Assembly (NCBI GenBank): GCA_963745235.1
Contig: CAVUXE010000003.1
Coordinates: 1-64,000, forward strand
Source of the DNA: an uncultured Spirochaetota bacterium
GTDB taxonomy: Bacteria > Spirochaetota > Spirochaetia > SZUA-6 > Fen-1364
Direction: 5' to 3'
DNA length: 64,000 bases
Numbering within the stretch: the first letter of the stretch is position 1; each line of letters opens with the position of its first letter. A program made the translations under genes and the position numbers. The notes under the pieces are model-generated. The model was not told where the DNA came from. It saw nothing but the letters and a program-made list of their open reading frames with translations, and did not search any database. Positions 50,733 to 60,436 of this stretch are shown piece after piece.

Positions 50733-53073
50733 ATGCGGCGGAGAGTCAGTCGGGAAGCTTTTTCCCTCGCGGAAACGGATCTCCAGACGTGGAGGACGCG
50801 GGCGCTGAGCCTTGTCCTGGTTGTCGTGGCAGTTGCGGGCCTGCCGGCCTTCTTCACCGTCGTCGCAAACGCATATCTCAGCGACAGGTTGTCCCCGCTG
50901 CTCATCGCCTATTCCACGGTCTACATCGGCTTTGTTGCGCTGGCCATACTGCGGCGGGTCCCCATCGCAATCAGGACCTGGCTCTTCATTGGCCTCGCCT
51001 ACGTCATTGCCGCGGCCAGCTTCGCCAGGGTCGGCCTGGTTGGAAGCGGGAGGCTGTACCTGGTCTTCCTTCCTGCGCTCGCCATCGTTCTGGTAGGGCA
51101 GCGCGCGGGCTACCTGTGCCTCGGCGTGAGCCTCTTCGAGTTTGCCATTTTTACCGAGATAGCCAGGCTCGGTTTCCTGTCGAAGTGGCTCACCGAGACT
51201 GCCAACCCCGTTGACGTCGGGACCTGGATAGAGTCCGGGGCGGCCCTCGCGGTGATCCTCCTGACCCTGAGCGTGCTGCTGGAGCGCTTCTTTACGCGGC
51301 ACGTGTTCACGCTCGAAGTGAGTCACAAGATCAGGGGCGAGCTGGAGAAGGCATACAGGGCGCTCAAGCAGCGCGTCACGGAACGCACACGCGAGCTTGC
51401 ACTGCTGAACTCAGTGGCGGCGGTGGCAAGCGGGCTCACCGATATCCGCCGGATCCTGACGGTGTCCCTGGAGAAGACCCTGGAGGCGTTCGGGATCGAG
51501 GCCGGGGGCGCATACGGAATGGAGGAAGACACCGGCACCATGGTCATGCTTGCTCATACGGGGCTGTCGGAAAACTTTCTTCGGCAGATGGAGCGGCTGG
51601 TCCTCAAGGATGCCCTGGCGGGCAGGCAGCTCAGCCTGGAGGAGCCGCTCGCCTGGGGCATCGACGAGGTCCCGGACGGGCCCATGCGGCAGTTCCTGGT
51701 TGATGAGGGGCTGCGGTGGATCATCGGGGTCCCCCTGGTGGCCAAAGGGAAGCTTGTCGGCGGGCTGATCGCCAACTCCCGGTCCGAGCGGATGCTTACC
51801 CCTGAGGAAGGGTCCCTCCTCATTGCCGTCGGTCAGCAGATCGGGCTTGCCATGGAGAATGCCCGGCTCCTGGAAACGCAGCGCGCGCAGCGTGAGGAGG
51901 AGGAGAAACGCCGCAAAGTTGCCGAAGGGATGCGGGAGATACTGGCCATCCTCAACTCCAACCGGCAGCCCCAGGAAACCCTGGATTTCGTCATCTCCCA
52001 GGCCTGCCCGGCTCATGGAGTGCGACGCCTCCTCGCTCTTCCAGATCGAGGCACCTGAGGGCCAGCTTCGACTCCGGGCAGCCTGCGGTGTGGACATGGC
52101 CGCGGTAACAACCATCCGCCTTGCCCTGGGCGAGGGCGCGGTTGAAAGAGCATTCCGCTGGAAGCAGCCCATTACCGTCCAGGACACCGAGGCATACATC
52201 GAGTGGCAGAAGCAGGAGTCGAACCCCGAGTTCGCTGAGGATTTGAGCGGGCTGGAGCTGCTCATGGACCAGGGATTCAGGGCAATCCTTGCGGTGCCTC
52301 TGATCGTCTCCGGCGCGACCTACGGCGGTATCACGTTGTACTACCGGGAGCCGCGGAGCTTCACTGAGGAGGACATCTCCCTCGCCATGGCCATCGGCCG
52401 ACAGGCTGCCCTGGCCATCGAGAACGCGCAGCTGCGGGCCCAGGCCGAACAGAGCGCCGCATTCGCGGAGCGAAACCGCCTTGCCCGTGAGCTCCATGAC
52501 TCGGTGACGCAGTCCCTGTACAGCGTGACGCTGTATGCCGAGGCTGCCGCGCGCCTGCTCCAGGGCGGGCAGAGCGCGGAGGCAGCGGGGCACCTTCGAG
52601 ACCTGGGCACCACGGCCCGGGAAGCGCTTCGCGAAATGCGCCTCCTCATCTTCGAATTGAGCCCCCCCGCCCTGGAGGGCGGCAGCCTGGCGGAAGCAAT
52701 CCAGACGAGGCTGGACGCCGTTGAGGCGCGCGGCGGCATGACGGTCAACTTCCGCGTGGAGGGAGACGAATGCCTTTCCGCGAAGACCCGGCAGGAGCTC
52801 TACCAGATTGCGCAGGAAGCGCTGAACAACGCCTTGAAGCATTCCCGTGCCCAGGCCGTGCGGATTCTCCTCATCCACGGCGGGGCCCAGACCCGGTTGG
52901 AGATCAGTGATGACGGGGTCGGCTTTCGCATGGAACAGGCGCAAAAAAGCGGCGGCCTGGGGCTGAGGGGAATGACGGAGAGGGTGGAAAGGATCAGCGG
53001 CACCCTCTCGGTTGACAGCGTCCCCGGCGGCGGGACAAAGGTGACCGTGGTGGCACCTTCGGCGCGCGCGTAG
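50733..53073 (+). CDS. Membrane two-GAF sensor histidine kinase, HisKA_3 type (frameshift near 52010)
   Basis: TM bundle, two GAF domains, ERNRLARELHDSVTQ, QEALNNALKHS, DDGVGF, GLGLRGM. Confidence 0.87.
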
Positions 53074-53247
53074 CGACGCGGCGCGTGCCGAGCCACCGGG
53101 TGAGGTGACCCGAACCGTGTGACCGGCGGCCGAACGGCTTTGGATAGCGTGGTGTAAGTAGCGCTTCTTTACAACGCGCGAACTTGAAGAGCACTTGGAT
53201 GCAGCTATCGGCGGAAAACGGCAAGCATCCGAGGGGCGAAAAAACAC

Positions 53248-53276
53248 TTGCAGTCATAGCTACACAGATGTATAGT
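53248..53276 (+). promoter_or_regulatory. Sigma70 promoter for a leaderless transcript, overlapped by an imperfect palindrome
   Basis: TTGCAG-N17-TATAGT, ATG 7 bp downstream, no SD; CTACAC-AGAT-GTATAG at 53260-53275. Confidence 0.65.
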
Positions 53277-53283
53277 ACCTGCC

Positions 53284-54614
53284 ATGGAGAACCTCGAGGA
53301 ACTCGGTCAGGAGATCGCCAGCTTGTCCGCCCACCTGGATGCAGCCGCCCATCGTCTGCTGGAATGCATCCGACGCTTCGATGAGGCGTGCGGATGGCAC
53401 GAGCAGGGCGCGGTGTCCTGCGCTCACTGGCTGGCGTGGCGCCTCGGATGGGACCTGGCCACCGCCCGCGAGAAGGTACGGGTGGCACGCGCGCTGGGTA
53501 GGCTGCCCGCCATCAACGAATCGTTGCGCACTGCCAGGCTATCCTACGCCAAGGTCCGCGCGCTCACTCGGGTGGCGACCCCCGAGAACGAAGCGAAGCT
53601 GCTGGAGATGGCGCTGATGGCAACCGGGGCGCAGCTTGAGCGGCTGTGCCGAGGCTATCGAGGGGTGCTGGACTCTGAAAGGACGCCGGCGCCGGAGGAG
53701 CGTTCGGTACGCCAGCGGCTGCTGCCGGGGGGGATGGTCAAGCTGGAGTTGGTGCTTGAGCCTGACGAGGCGGATTTGATCCTGCGCGCCATCGAGCGCG
53801 CCCGGGAGGTGCACGCCCGCAGGGCAGCGCCGCTGGAGACAGAGGCTCCCGGAGCGCCTGTCGTCGTGCCTCCGGTACCTGCGGCGCGGGGGGAGGCGGA
53901 GGCAGTTGAAGCCGCCGGCATTTCCCCGGAAACGTGCTGGCCCTCGCGGGCTGATGGCGCGGTGAAGCTCGCCGAGTCGTTCCTGGCAGGCAATCCCGTG
54001 ACGGGAACCGGCGGGGAGCGCTTCCAGGTCATGGTTCACCTGGATCAGGAGGTGCTTGGGCCAGACAGTGCTTGGGCGGCCACCCTGGAGGACGGAACCC
54101 GCATTTCCGCGGAAACGTTGCGCCGGGTGGCCTGCGATTGCGGCCTGGTGGCCACAGGCGGAGATGGGGAGGCACTGAACATCGGCCGCCGCGCCCGCAG
54201 TATTCCGCCCGCCATACGTCGCGCACTGATGCTGCGTGACCGCGGCTGCGCCTTTCCGGGGTGCACTCACACGGCCTTCCTCCACGGGCACCACATCCAG
54301 CACTGGCTGCACGGCGGAGAAACCAGCCTGGTCAATGCTGTCCTGCTCTGCAGCGTGCATCATCACCTGGTTCACGAAGGCGGGTGGACCGTAACCCATG
54401 GAGCCGACGGCGTTTTGCCTTCCACTCGCCTGCCGGCAAGCTGCTCGCGCCCGAGCCGCCGCGCGAGTTGGTTGACGACACGCTGGACTGGCTGCGGGAG
54501 TGGGCGGATGAGCACGAGCTGGACCTTGGCCCTGACGTCAACGTGCCGCAGTGGGATGGGAAGACACCGGACTACAACGCTGCTGTGGGATGGCTGCTGG
54601 CGGCTGACCTGTAG
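53284..54614 (+). CDS. DUF222 (13E12 repeat-like) + HNH endonuclease protein (frameshift near 54415)
   Basis: SCAHWLAW, AREKVRVARAL, LSYAKVRALTR, ETLRRVACD, RDRGCAFPGC, HHIQHW, GGETSLVNAVLLCSVHHHLVHEG. Confidence 0.88.
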
Positions 54615-54660
54615 CCGCTGGCGCCCACGGCGATTGTCAAGCTATTTCTGTAACATTACA

Positions 54661-55161
54661 CTAGCTCGCCAGGCGGGCCTCGCCGTGTCGCCGCAGGGAG
54701 CGAAGCCGCTTGCGCACCCCTGAGATGGACAGCCCCACCTCCTGCGCTGTTTCGGCCAGAGTCTTCTCCTCCAGGTAATGCATGCGGGCCGCCAGCTGCG
54801 TGCTCTCCCTGACGCCAAGGAAGACCTGTTCCAGCTCCCAGGAGTCGAGCACACGGTCCTCCGTGCTGTCGCGCCCGGCAATGGCGCTCATGAAGGGCTC
54901 GGCGCTGACGGTGAACTTGCGCCGGCGGCTTCGCATGGCGTTCAGGCAGGTATTCGTGGCAATGCGGTACAGGAGGCTCGAGGGATAGCGGGCATTCAGG
55001 CTGGACCTGTGGCGAAGCACCTGGACGAAGGTCTCCTGCATGGCGTCTGCGGCAAGGTCCTCATCCCTCAGCATCCCCCGGCACCTGCGCAGCACCATGG
55101 GCCCGTACCGGCGGTACAGGTCTTCCACGTCAATGGTTTCACGTTCTCTCGTTTCATTCAT
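54661..55161 (-). CDS. ECF sigma-70 factor
   Basis: LYRRYGPMVLRRC, AADAMQETF, LYRIATNTCLN, LAETAQEVGLSISGVRKRL. Confidence 0.9.
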   Translation of the reverse strand: MNETRERETIDVEDLYRRYGPMVLRRCRGMLRDEDLAADAMQETFVQVLRHRSSLNARYPSSLLYRIATNTCLNAMRSRRRKFTVSAEPFMSAIAGRDSTEDRVLDSWELEQVFLGVRESTQLAARMHYLEEKTLAETAQEVGLSISGVRKRLRSLRRHGEARLAS

Positions 55162-55261
55162 GACTTCCTCGCTCCTGTCACCCCTACTGTAGGCCGTGGC
55201 GGATTCCCATCGCATCACCAAAATGTGGGATTTGGCAGGGGAAAAAAGTGCGGCCCCCGGT

Positions 55262-55305
55262 GCAGGCGGGAGGCAGCCAGGAGGCAGGCGGGAAGCAGCT
55301 GGGAG
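55262..55305 (+). repeat. Four tandem 11-bp repeats
   Basis: gcaggcgggag / gcagccaggag / gcaggcgggaa / gcagctgggag. Confidence 0.7.
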
Positions 55306-55364
55306 GCCGAGCTTGACGTGCGGGCCGGGGTCGATCAAATTCAATCGCAGGAAGGAAGGTTGAG

Positions 55365-56720
55365 ATGGCTGGGAGATCGGCTCGATTCGTGATTCTTGCG
55401 GCTTTGATCGGAGCCTTTTCCGTGACGAGCGTTGGCGCGCAGACAAAGGGCTTCAAGGCGCCACCAGGCAAGATGGTGATCTGGGCCTTCGGGCAGCCGA
55501 AGTTCCTGCAGCTCCAGATCGACGACTATTTCCAGCGCAACCCGTCGGAGGTCCAGGGGGTCACCGCCGAAGTGGTTGCGACAAAGGGAGAAGAAGAGGT
55601 CAGGCAGAAGACCATGCTCGCCTACGCGTCGCAGACCTGGGACGACATGGCGGACGTCATCTCCACGTTCCCTGTCAGCATGCAAGCCATGGCGGAAGCC
55701 GGGGTGCTGATGGACGTCACCTCCTACCTGGCGCCGTTCAAGGACAAGTTCGTGGCCGGCGCGTACGACCAGGCCCTCTATAAGGGCAGGCTGTGGGCGC
55801 TTCCCCGGTCTCTTCGGCCGCAGCTTCTCTTCTATAACAGGCAGATCCTGGAGAAGTACGGAATCGACCCGAAGCAGATGACCACCTTCGAGGGATATCT
55901 GGAGGTGGGACGCAAGCTCAAGGCAGCGAGCAATGGGCAGGTCTTCCTGTCCTACGAAGATCCCGGTTCGCGCACATGGCGCTACTGGGGCCGCCGCGGC
56001 CTGATGCCGCAGGCAGGAGCCAGGATCTGGGATGATGACGGGAACGTCGTCATTGACAAGGACGCGGGGGCTCTCAAGGCGCTGCAGTATTTCGAGACGC
56101 TGCACAAGGAAGGGCTCCTCTTCAACTCCGTCATCCTCCAGCCCCCGCTGTACCAGGCCACGCGGGAAGGCAAGATCGCCACGTTCTACATCGGCGCCTT
56201 CTATGACGAGTTCCTGAAAGCGAACGACAAGGACATGGCGGGCGCGTGGCGCGTGATGGCGCCTCCGGTCTTCTCGGGTGTCAACCTCGGCGGCGCTCCG
56301 GTTGTGGACATCGTGGGAATCACGGCCAAGCCCAACGCCCCGTATGCCGAGCTCTACAAGAGGATATGGTACGACTACAACTTCAACAGCCCGGCCCGAC
56401 AGGCCTATACGCTGGAGGTCCTGCACCAGAACGGCCCGGTGCAGAACCCGCTGTCCAAGGCCATGCTGGAGGAGGCGTTCTGGAAGGAGCCTGACCCGTA
56501 CTACGGGGGGGAGTCGTTCAAGCAGATGGAAGGGCTGGGGCTCCGCAACGTGTCGAAGAACATGCGGGTGACGACGGCAGACGCGGAGGCGGACACCATC
56601 ATCTCCGCGGAGCTTGAAAAGTTCGTCGCGAATGCCCAGACCATGGACCAGGCCATCGCGAACATGGGCTCGGTGCTGCGGGAGAAGATCGGCACGGCCC
56701 CCGCGAACCCTGACAGGTAG
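55365..56720 (+). CDS. Carbohydrate (CUT1) ABC substrate-binding protein
   Basis: Signal peptide, YKGRLWALP, LFYNRQILEKYGID, GAWRVM, DPYYGG; followed by two permeases. Confidence 0.88.
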   Translation: MAGRSARFVILAALIGAFSVTSVGAQTKGFKAPPGKMVIWAFGQPKFLQLQIDDYFQRNPSEVQGVTAEVVATKGEEEVRQKTMLAYASQTWDDMADVISTFPVSMQAMAEAGVLMDVTSYLAPFKDKFVAGAYDQALYKGRLWALPRSLRPQLLFYNRQILEKYGIDPKQMTTFEGYLEVGRKLKAASNGQVFLSYEDPGSRTWRYWGRRGLMPQAGARIWDDDGNVVIDKDAGALKALQYFETLHKEGLLFNSVILQPPLYQATREGKIATFYIGAFYDEFLKANDKDMAGAWRVMAPPVFSGVNLGGAPVVDIVGITAKPNAPYAELYKRIWYDYNFNSPARQAYTLEVLHQNGPVQNPLSKAMLEEAFWKEPDPYYGGESFKQMEGLGLRNVSKNMRVTTADAEADTIISAELEKFVANAQTMDQAIANMGSVLREKIGTAPANPDR

Positions 56721-56743
56721 CTGTCACGCGGACCTTTCGGCGC

Positions 56744-57621
56744 ATGTGGGCGATGCGGCATGCCTATGCCTTCATCGCCCCCTTCTACCTCCTGTTCCTG
56801 GTTTTTGGAGCCTTCCCCCTCGTGTGGTCGCTGTACCTGAGCTTCCAGGAATGGGACGGGCTTCGACCCATGAAGCACGTGGGCCTGCGGAACTTCGCCA
56901 TGCTCCTGCGGGACCACAGGTTCCTGGACGCCCTGGGCAACACGGCCATCTACTGGACGGTCGACGTCGCCTTCATCATCTGTCTTGCCCTCGTCATGGC
57001 TGTGCTTCTGCACACGCCCCGCCTTTCCGGCAGGCGTTTCTACCGCCTCGTTCTGTTTCTGCCGAATGTCACTGCCACTGTCGCGGTCGGCCTTGTGTTC
57101 ATCATGCTCTTCGATTTCAACAGCGGCCTCATCAACGGTCTCCTCGGGTCCCTGGGGCTTCCGAGGCTCGGCTGGCTGAACAGCACCGGACTTTCGAAGG
57201 TGCCCGTGATGGTGCTCGCCATCTGGCGGGCCACTCCGTGGTACATGCTGATCCTCCTCTCGGGGCTCCAGGCCATCAATCCGGAGCTCTACCAGGCGGC
57301 AACGGTTGACGGCGCCGGACCGGTCCAGAAGCTCTTTCGCATCACCATCCCGAGCCTTGCGACGGTGCTCTTCTTCTGCTTCCTGACGGAAACGATTGAC
57401 TCGTTTCGGCTCTTCACCGAGCCGTACATCACGACGGGCGGCGGGCCGGGATCCTCCTCCCTTTCCATTGTGCAGTATCTCTATGAGAGCGGCTTCACGG
57501 TCTTCAAGCTGGGTTACGCGTCCGCCATCGGCTACGTGCTGACCGTCATCCTCCTGGTGATATCCGCGGCCCAGGTGATTTTCCTCCGCCGGGGGGAGGC
57601 GCAATCGGGAGCGCGCAGTGA
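56744..57621 (+). CDS. CUT1 ABC permease 1 (3' end frameshifted near 57590)
   Basis: YAFIAPFY, VGLRNF, LSGLQAINPELYQAATVDGA, GYASAIG. Confidence 0.85.
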
Positions 57622-58451
57622 GGTCCGCCGCGCGGCGCGCTCACGCGCCCGTTCACCTCGTTCTCCTGGCGTGGTGCGCGCTCTCCGTGTTCCCGCTCCT
57701 GTGGATGGTGGGGACATCCATGAAGCCCGTTGCCGAAGGCATAGGCGGGCTCGGCTCCATGATCCCGAATGTCCCGACCATCGTGAACTACGAGGCGGTG
57801 GCAGGCCTCCTGCCCCTTGCGCGCAACACTCTCAACAGCTTCATTGCGGCCACGGCGGGGACGCTCAGCACCGTGTTCCTCTGCTCTCTCGCCGGCTTCG
57901 CCTTTGCCAAGTACAGCTTCCCCGGTCGGGACTTCCTGTTCCTCTTTCTCCTGGCCACCATGCTGATCCCGCCCGAGGTGGGCATCGTGCCCACGTTCCT
58001 CATCATGAGGCGCCTGCGCTGGATCAACACCTACTGGGCGCTGATAGTCCCCCGCGCCGCGACCGCAATAGGGATCTTCTACATGCGCCAGTACATCGCC
58101 GGCTTCCCCACGGAGGTCATTGAGCAGGGGCGGCTGGACGGCTGCGGGGAGTTCCGCGTCTACTGGCAGCTGGTCCTGCCCTCCATCTCCCCGGCGCTTG
58201 CGGCGTGGGCCACCATATCTTTCATTGCGCGATGGAACGACTTCATGTGGCCGCTGCTGCTCATGCGCTCGAAACAGATGTATACCCTCATGGTGTCCAT
58301 ATCTGTGCTGCCGGTGAGCGAAGGGCTGTCCACGCCCTGGCCGGTCATCATGGCCGGGTCCACTATTGCGGTTCTGCCCCTGATCTGCATCTACTTTGTG
58401 CTGCAGAGATTCCAGGTCTCGGGGCTCATGGTAGGCGCGGTCAAGGGATAG
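57618..58451 (+). CDS. CUT1 ABC permease 2
   Basis: AGFAFAKYSFPGR, EQGRLDGC (EAA-like), WNDFMWPL. Confidence 0.9.
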   Translation: MRSAARRAHAPVHLVLLAWCALSVFPLLWMVGTSMKPVAEGIGGLGSMIPNVPTIVNYEAVAGLLPLARNTLNSFIAATAGTLSTVFLCSLAGFAFAKYSFPGRDFLFLFLLATMLIPPEVGIVPTFLIMRRLRWINTYWALIVPRAATAIGIFYMRQYIAGFPTEVIEQGRLDGCGEFRVYWQLVLPSISPALAAWATISFIARWNDFMWPLLLMRSKQMYTLMVSISVLPVSEGLSTPWPVIMAGSTIAVLPLICIYFVLQRFQVSGLMVGAVKG

Positions 58452-58460
58452 GAGGACTCT

Positions 58461-59399
58461 ATGAACAAGCGGGATGCGTTGTTGAAGCTCGTTGATCCGT
58501 CGTACAAGCCGGAGTCGGTGCCGGCAGCGTTCTTCCTCCATTTCGACCCGGCTTTCCATCGCGGACAGGCAGCCGTGGACAAGCACCTGGATTTCTTCCG
58601 GTTTACCGGCATGGACATGGTCAAGATCCAATTCGAGCACCGGATGCCGCCCGTGGAGATCAAGCAGCCCCGGGACTGGGCGAGCGTGCCCATGAGGGAC
58701 AAGGAGTTCTGGGGTGACCCGCTTGCCGTGGTGAAGGGCCTCGTTCAGGCCGCGGGGAAGGATGCCGTCGTCGTCCTCACCCTGTACTCCCCGTTCATGC
58801 TGGCAGGCCAGATTGCGGGAGCCGAGACTGTTGTCCGCCACATCCAGGAAGACCCCACGGCGTTCAAGAAGGGAATTCAGATCATAACGGAGGGACTGCT
58901 TGTCTTCGTGAAGGAATGCGCCAGGATCGGGTTGGACGGCTTCTACGCATCCACCCAGGGCGGTGAGAAAGGTCGCCTGGCGGACAGGAAGTCCTTCGAC
59001 GACTGCGTGCGGCCCTACGACCTGGCCGTCATGACAGAGATCAACCGATCCTGCCGCTTCAACATCCTGCACGTGTGCGACTACCACCTGCCCTACGCGG
59101 ACATCGCACCGTTTGCGAGCTACCCCGGTCATGTCGTGAATACGAGCTTGAAGCTCGTGGAGAAAGACATCAGCGCCCGTGATGTTTCGCGGATGTTCAA
59201 CCGGCCTTTCATGGGCGGGCTGGACAGAAAGGGCGTCATAGCAACCGGTCCGGCGGAGGCAATCCGCCAGGAAGTCCGCGCGGCTGTCGACGCTGCCCCG
59301 CAACGCTTCATCCTGGGGGCGGACTGCACCGTCCCCGCGGACACCCCGTGGGAGAACCTGAAGCTCGCAATCCAGACCGCCCATGACTACCGCCGGTAG
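58461..59399 (+). CDS. Uroporphyrinogen decarboxylase / MtaA-CmuA superfamily protein
   Basis: TLYSPF, GLDGFY, PYDL, ILHVC, MGGLD, FILGADCTVP. Confidence 0.85.
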   Translation: MNKRDALLKLVDPSYKPESVPAAFFLHFDPAFHRGQAAVDKHLDFFRFTGMDMVKIQFEHRMPPVEIKQPRDWASVPMRDKEFWGDPLAVVKGLVQAAGKDAVVVLTLYSPFMLAGQIAGAETVVRHIQEDPTAFKKGIQIITEGLLVFVKECARIGLDGFYASTQGGEKGRLADRKSFDDCVRPYDLAVMTEINRSCRFNILHVCDYHLPYADIAPFASYPGHVVNTSLKLVEKDISARDVSRMFNRPFMGGLDRKGVIATGPAEAIRQEVRAAVDAAPQRFILGADCTVPADTPWENLKLAIQTAHDYRR

Positions 59400-59498
59400 G
59401 CCGGCTTCCCGCTGAGTGCACCGCAAGATCCGGGTTGCGCGCGCGGCCCCCTGTCGTGATACTTGACTCATGCGGCACCGCACAGCCGCCATGGAGAC

Positions 59499-60383
59499 AT
59501 GAGCATGACGACAATGGAAGTGCTGGAGGAAGATTACCTCCGCGTGGAAAAAGCAATACGGTTCATCGAGACCGAAGCCCTCAGGCAGCCTTCGCTTGCC
59601 GAGATTGCCGCCAGCGTCGGTCTCAGCGAGTTCCATTTCCAGAGGCTGTTCAGCAGGTGGGTCGGAATCAGCCCGAAGCGCTTCCTCCAGTTCCTGACAA
59701 AGGAATACGCGCGGAAACTCCTGGAGGAGTCGCGGGACGTCCTCAGCGTGACCTACGACGCCGGGCTGTCGAGTCCGGGCAGGCTGCACGAGCTTTTCGT
59801 GACATGCGAGGCGGTGACGCCCGGCGAGGTCAAGACCCGGGGGGAGGGGCTGGCAATCCAGTACGGCTTCCATCCGTCGCCCTTCGGCCGCTGCCTGCTT
59901 GCCCGGACGGACCGGGGCATCTGCGGGCTCTCCTTCGTGCAGGAAGAGGCGCCGGAGGCCGTCCTCGTGAAACACCTGCGCTCCCGGTGGCCCGGTGCGC
60001 GCATCCAGGAGGGCGCGGAGTCCACCGCGGGGCTCGTGAAGCAGGTGTTCGCCTTTCCGGAGAAGCATGATCCCGCCCCGCTTCACCTTTTCATTCGGGG
60101 CACGAACTTCCAGATCCAGGTATGGCAGGCCCTGATCCGGATCCCCTTCGGGAAAGCCGTTGCATATGAGGACATAGCGCGCCACATCGGGATGCCGGCA
60201 GCAAGCCGCGCGGTGGGCAACGCGGTGGGAAGCAACCCCATCCCGTTCCTCATTCCCTGCCACAGGGTGATACGAAAGCTCGGTGAGTTTGGAAACTACG
60301 GCGAAGGCCCCGAGAGAAAGAAAGCCATCCTTGGATGGGAGGCGGCGTTTGCACTCGGAGAGGCAGCGGCAAAGGCCGTATAG
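59499..60383 (+). CDS. ada: AraC-HTH + methylated-DNA--protein-cysteine methyltransferase (Ada/Ogt)
   Basis: QPSLAEIA, FHFQRLF, GTNFQIQVW, RAVGNAVGSNP, IPCHRVI. Confidence 0.88.
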   Translation: MSMTTMEVLEEDYLRVEKAIRFIETEALRQPSLAEIAASVGLSEFHFQRLFSRWVGISPKRFLQFLTKEYARKLLEESRDVLSVTYDAGLSSPGRLHELFVTCEAVTPGEVKTRGEGLAIQYGFHPSPFGRCLLARTDRGICGLSFVQEEAPEAVLVKHLRSRWPGARIQEGAESTAGLVKQVFAFPEKHDPAPLHLFIRGTNFQIQVWQALIRIPFGKAVAYEDIARHIGMPAASRAVGNAVGSNPIPFLIPCHRVIRKLGEFGNYGEGPERKKAILGWEAAFALGEAAAKAV

Positions 60384-60436
60384 GTTTCGCGACGCCGACG
60401 CCCGCGCGCTGCAGCATGCGAACCATCGGCGGGCCG

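Noticed and set aside
53284-54614. IscB/Cas9-like RNA-guided nuclease
   Set aside because: No RuvC motifs, PLMP domain, array or evident ncRNA; the architecture is DUF222-HNH.
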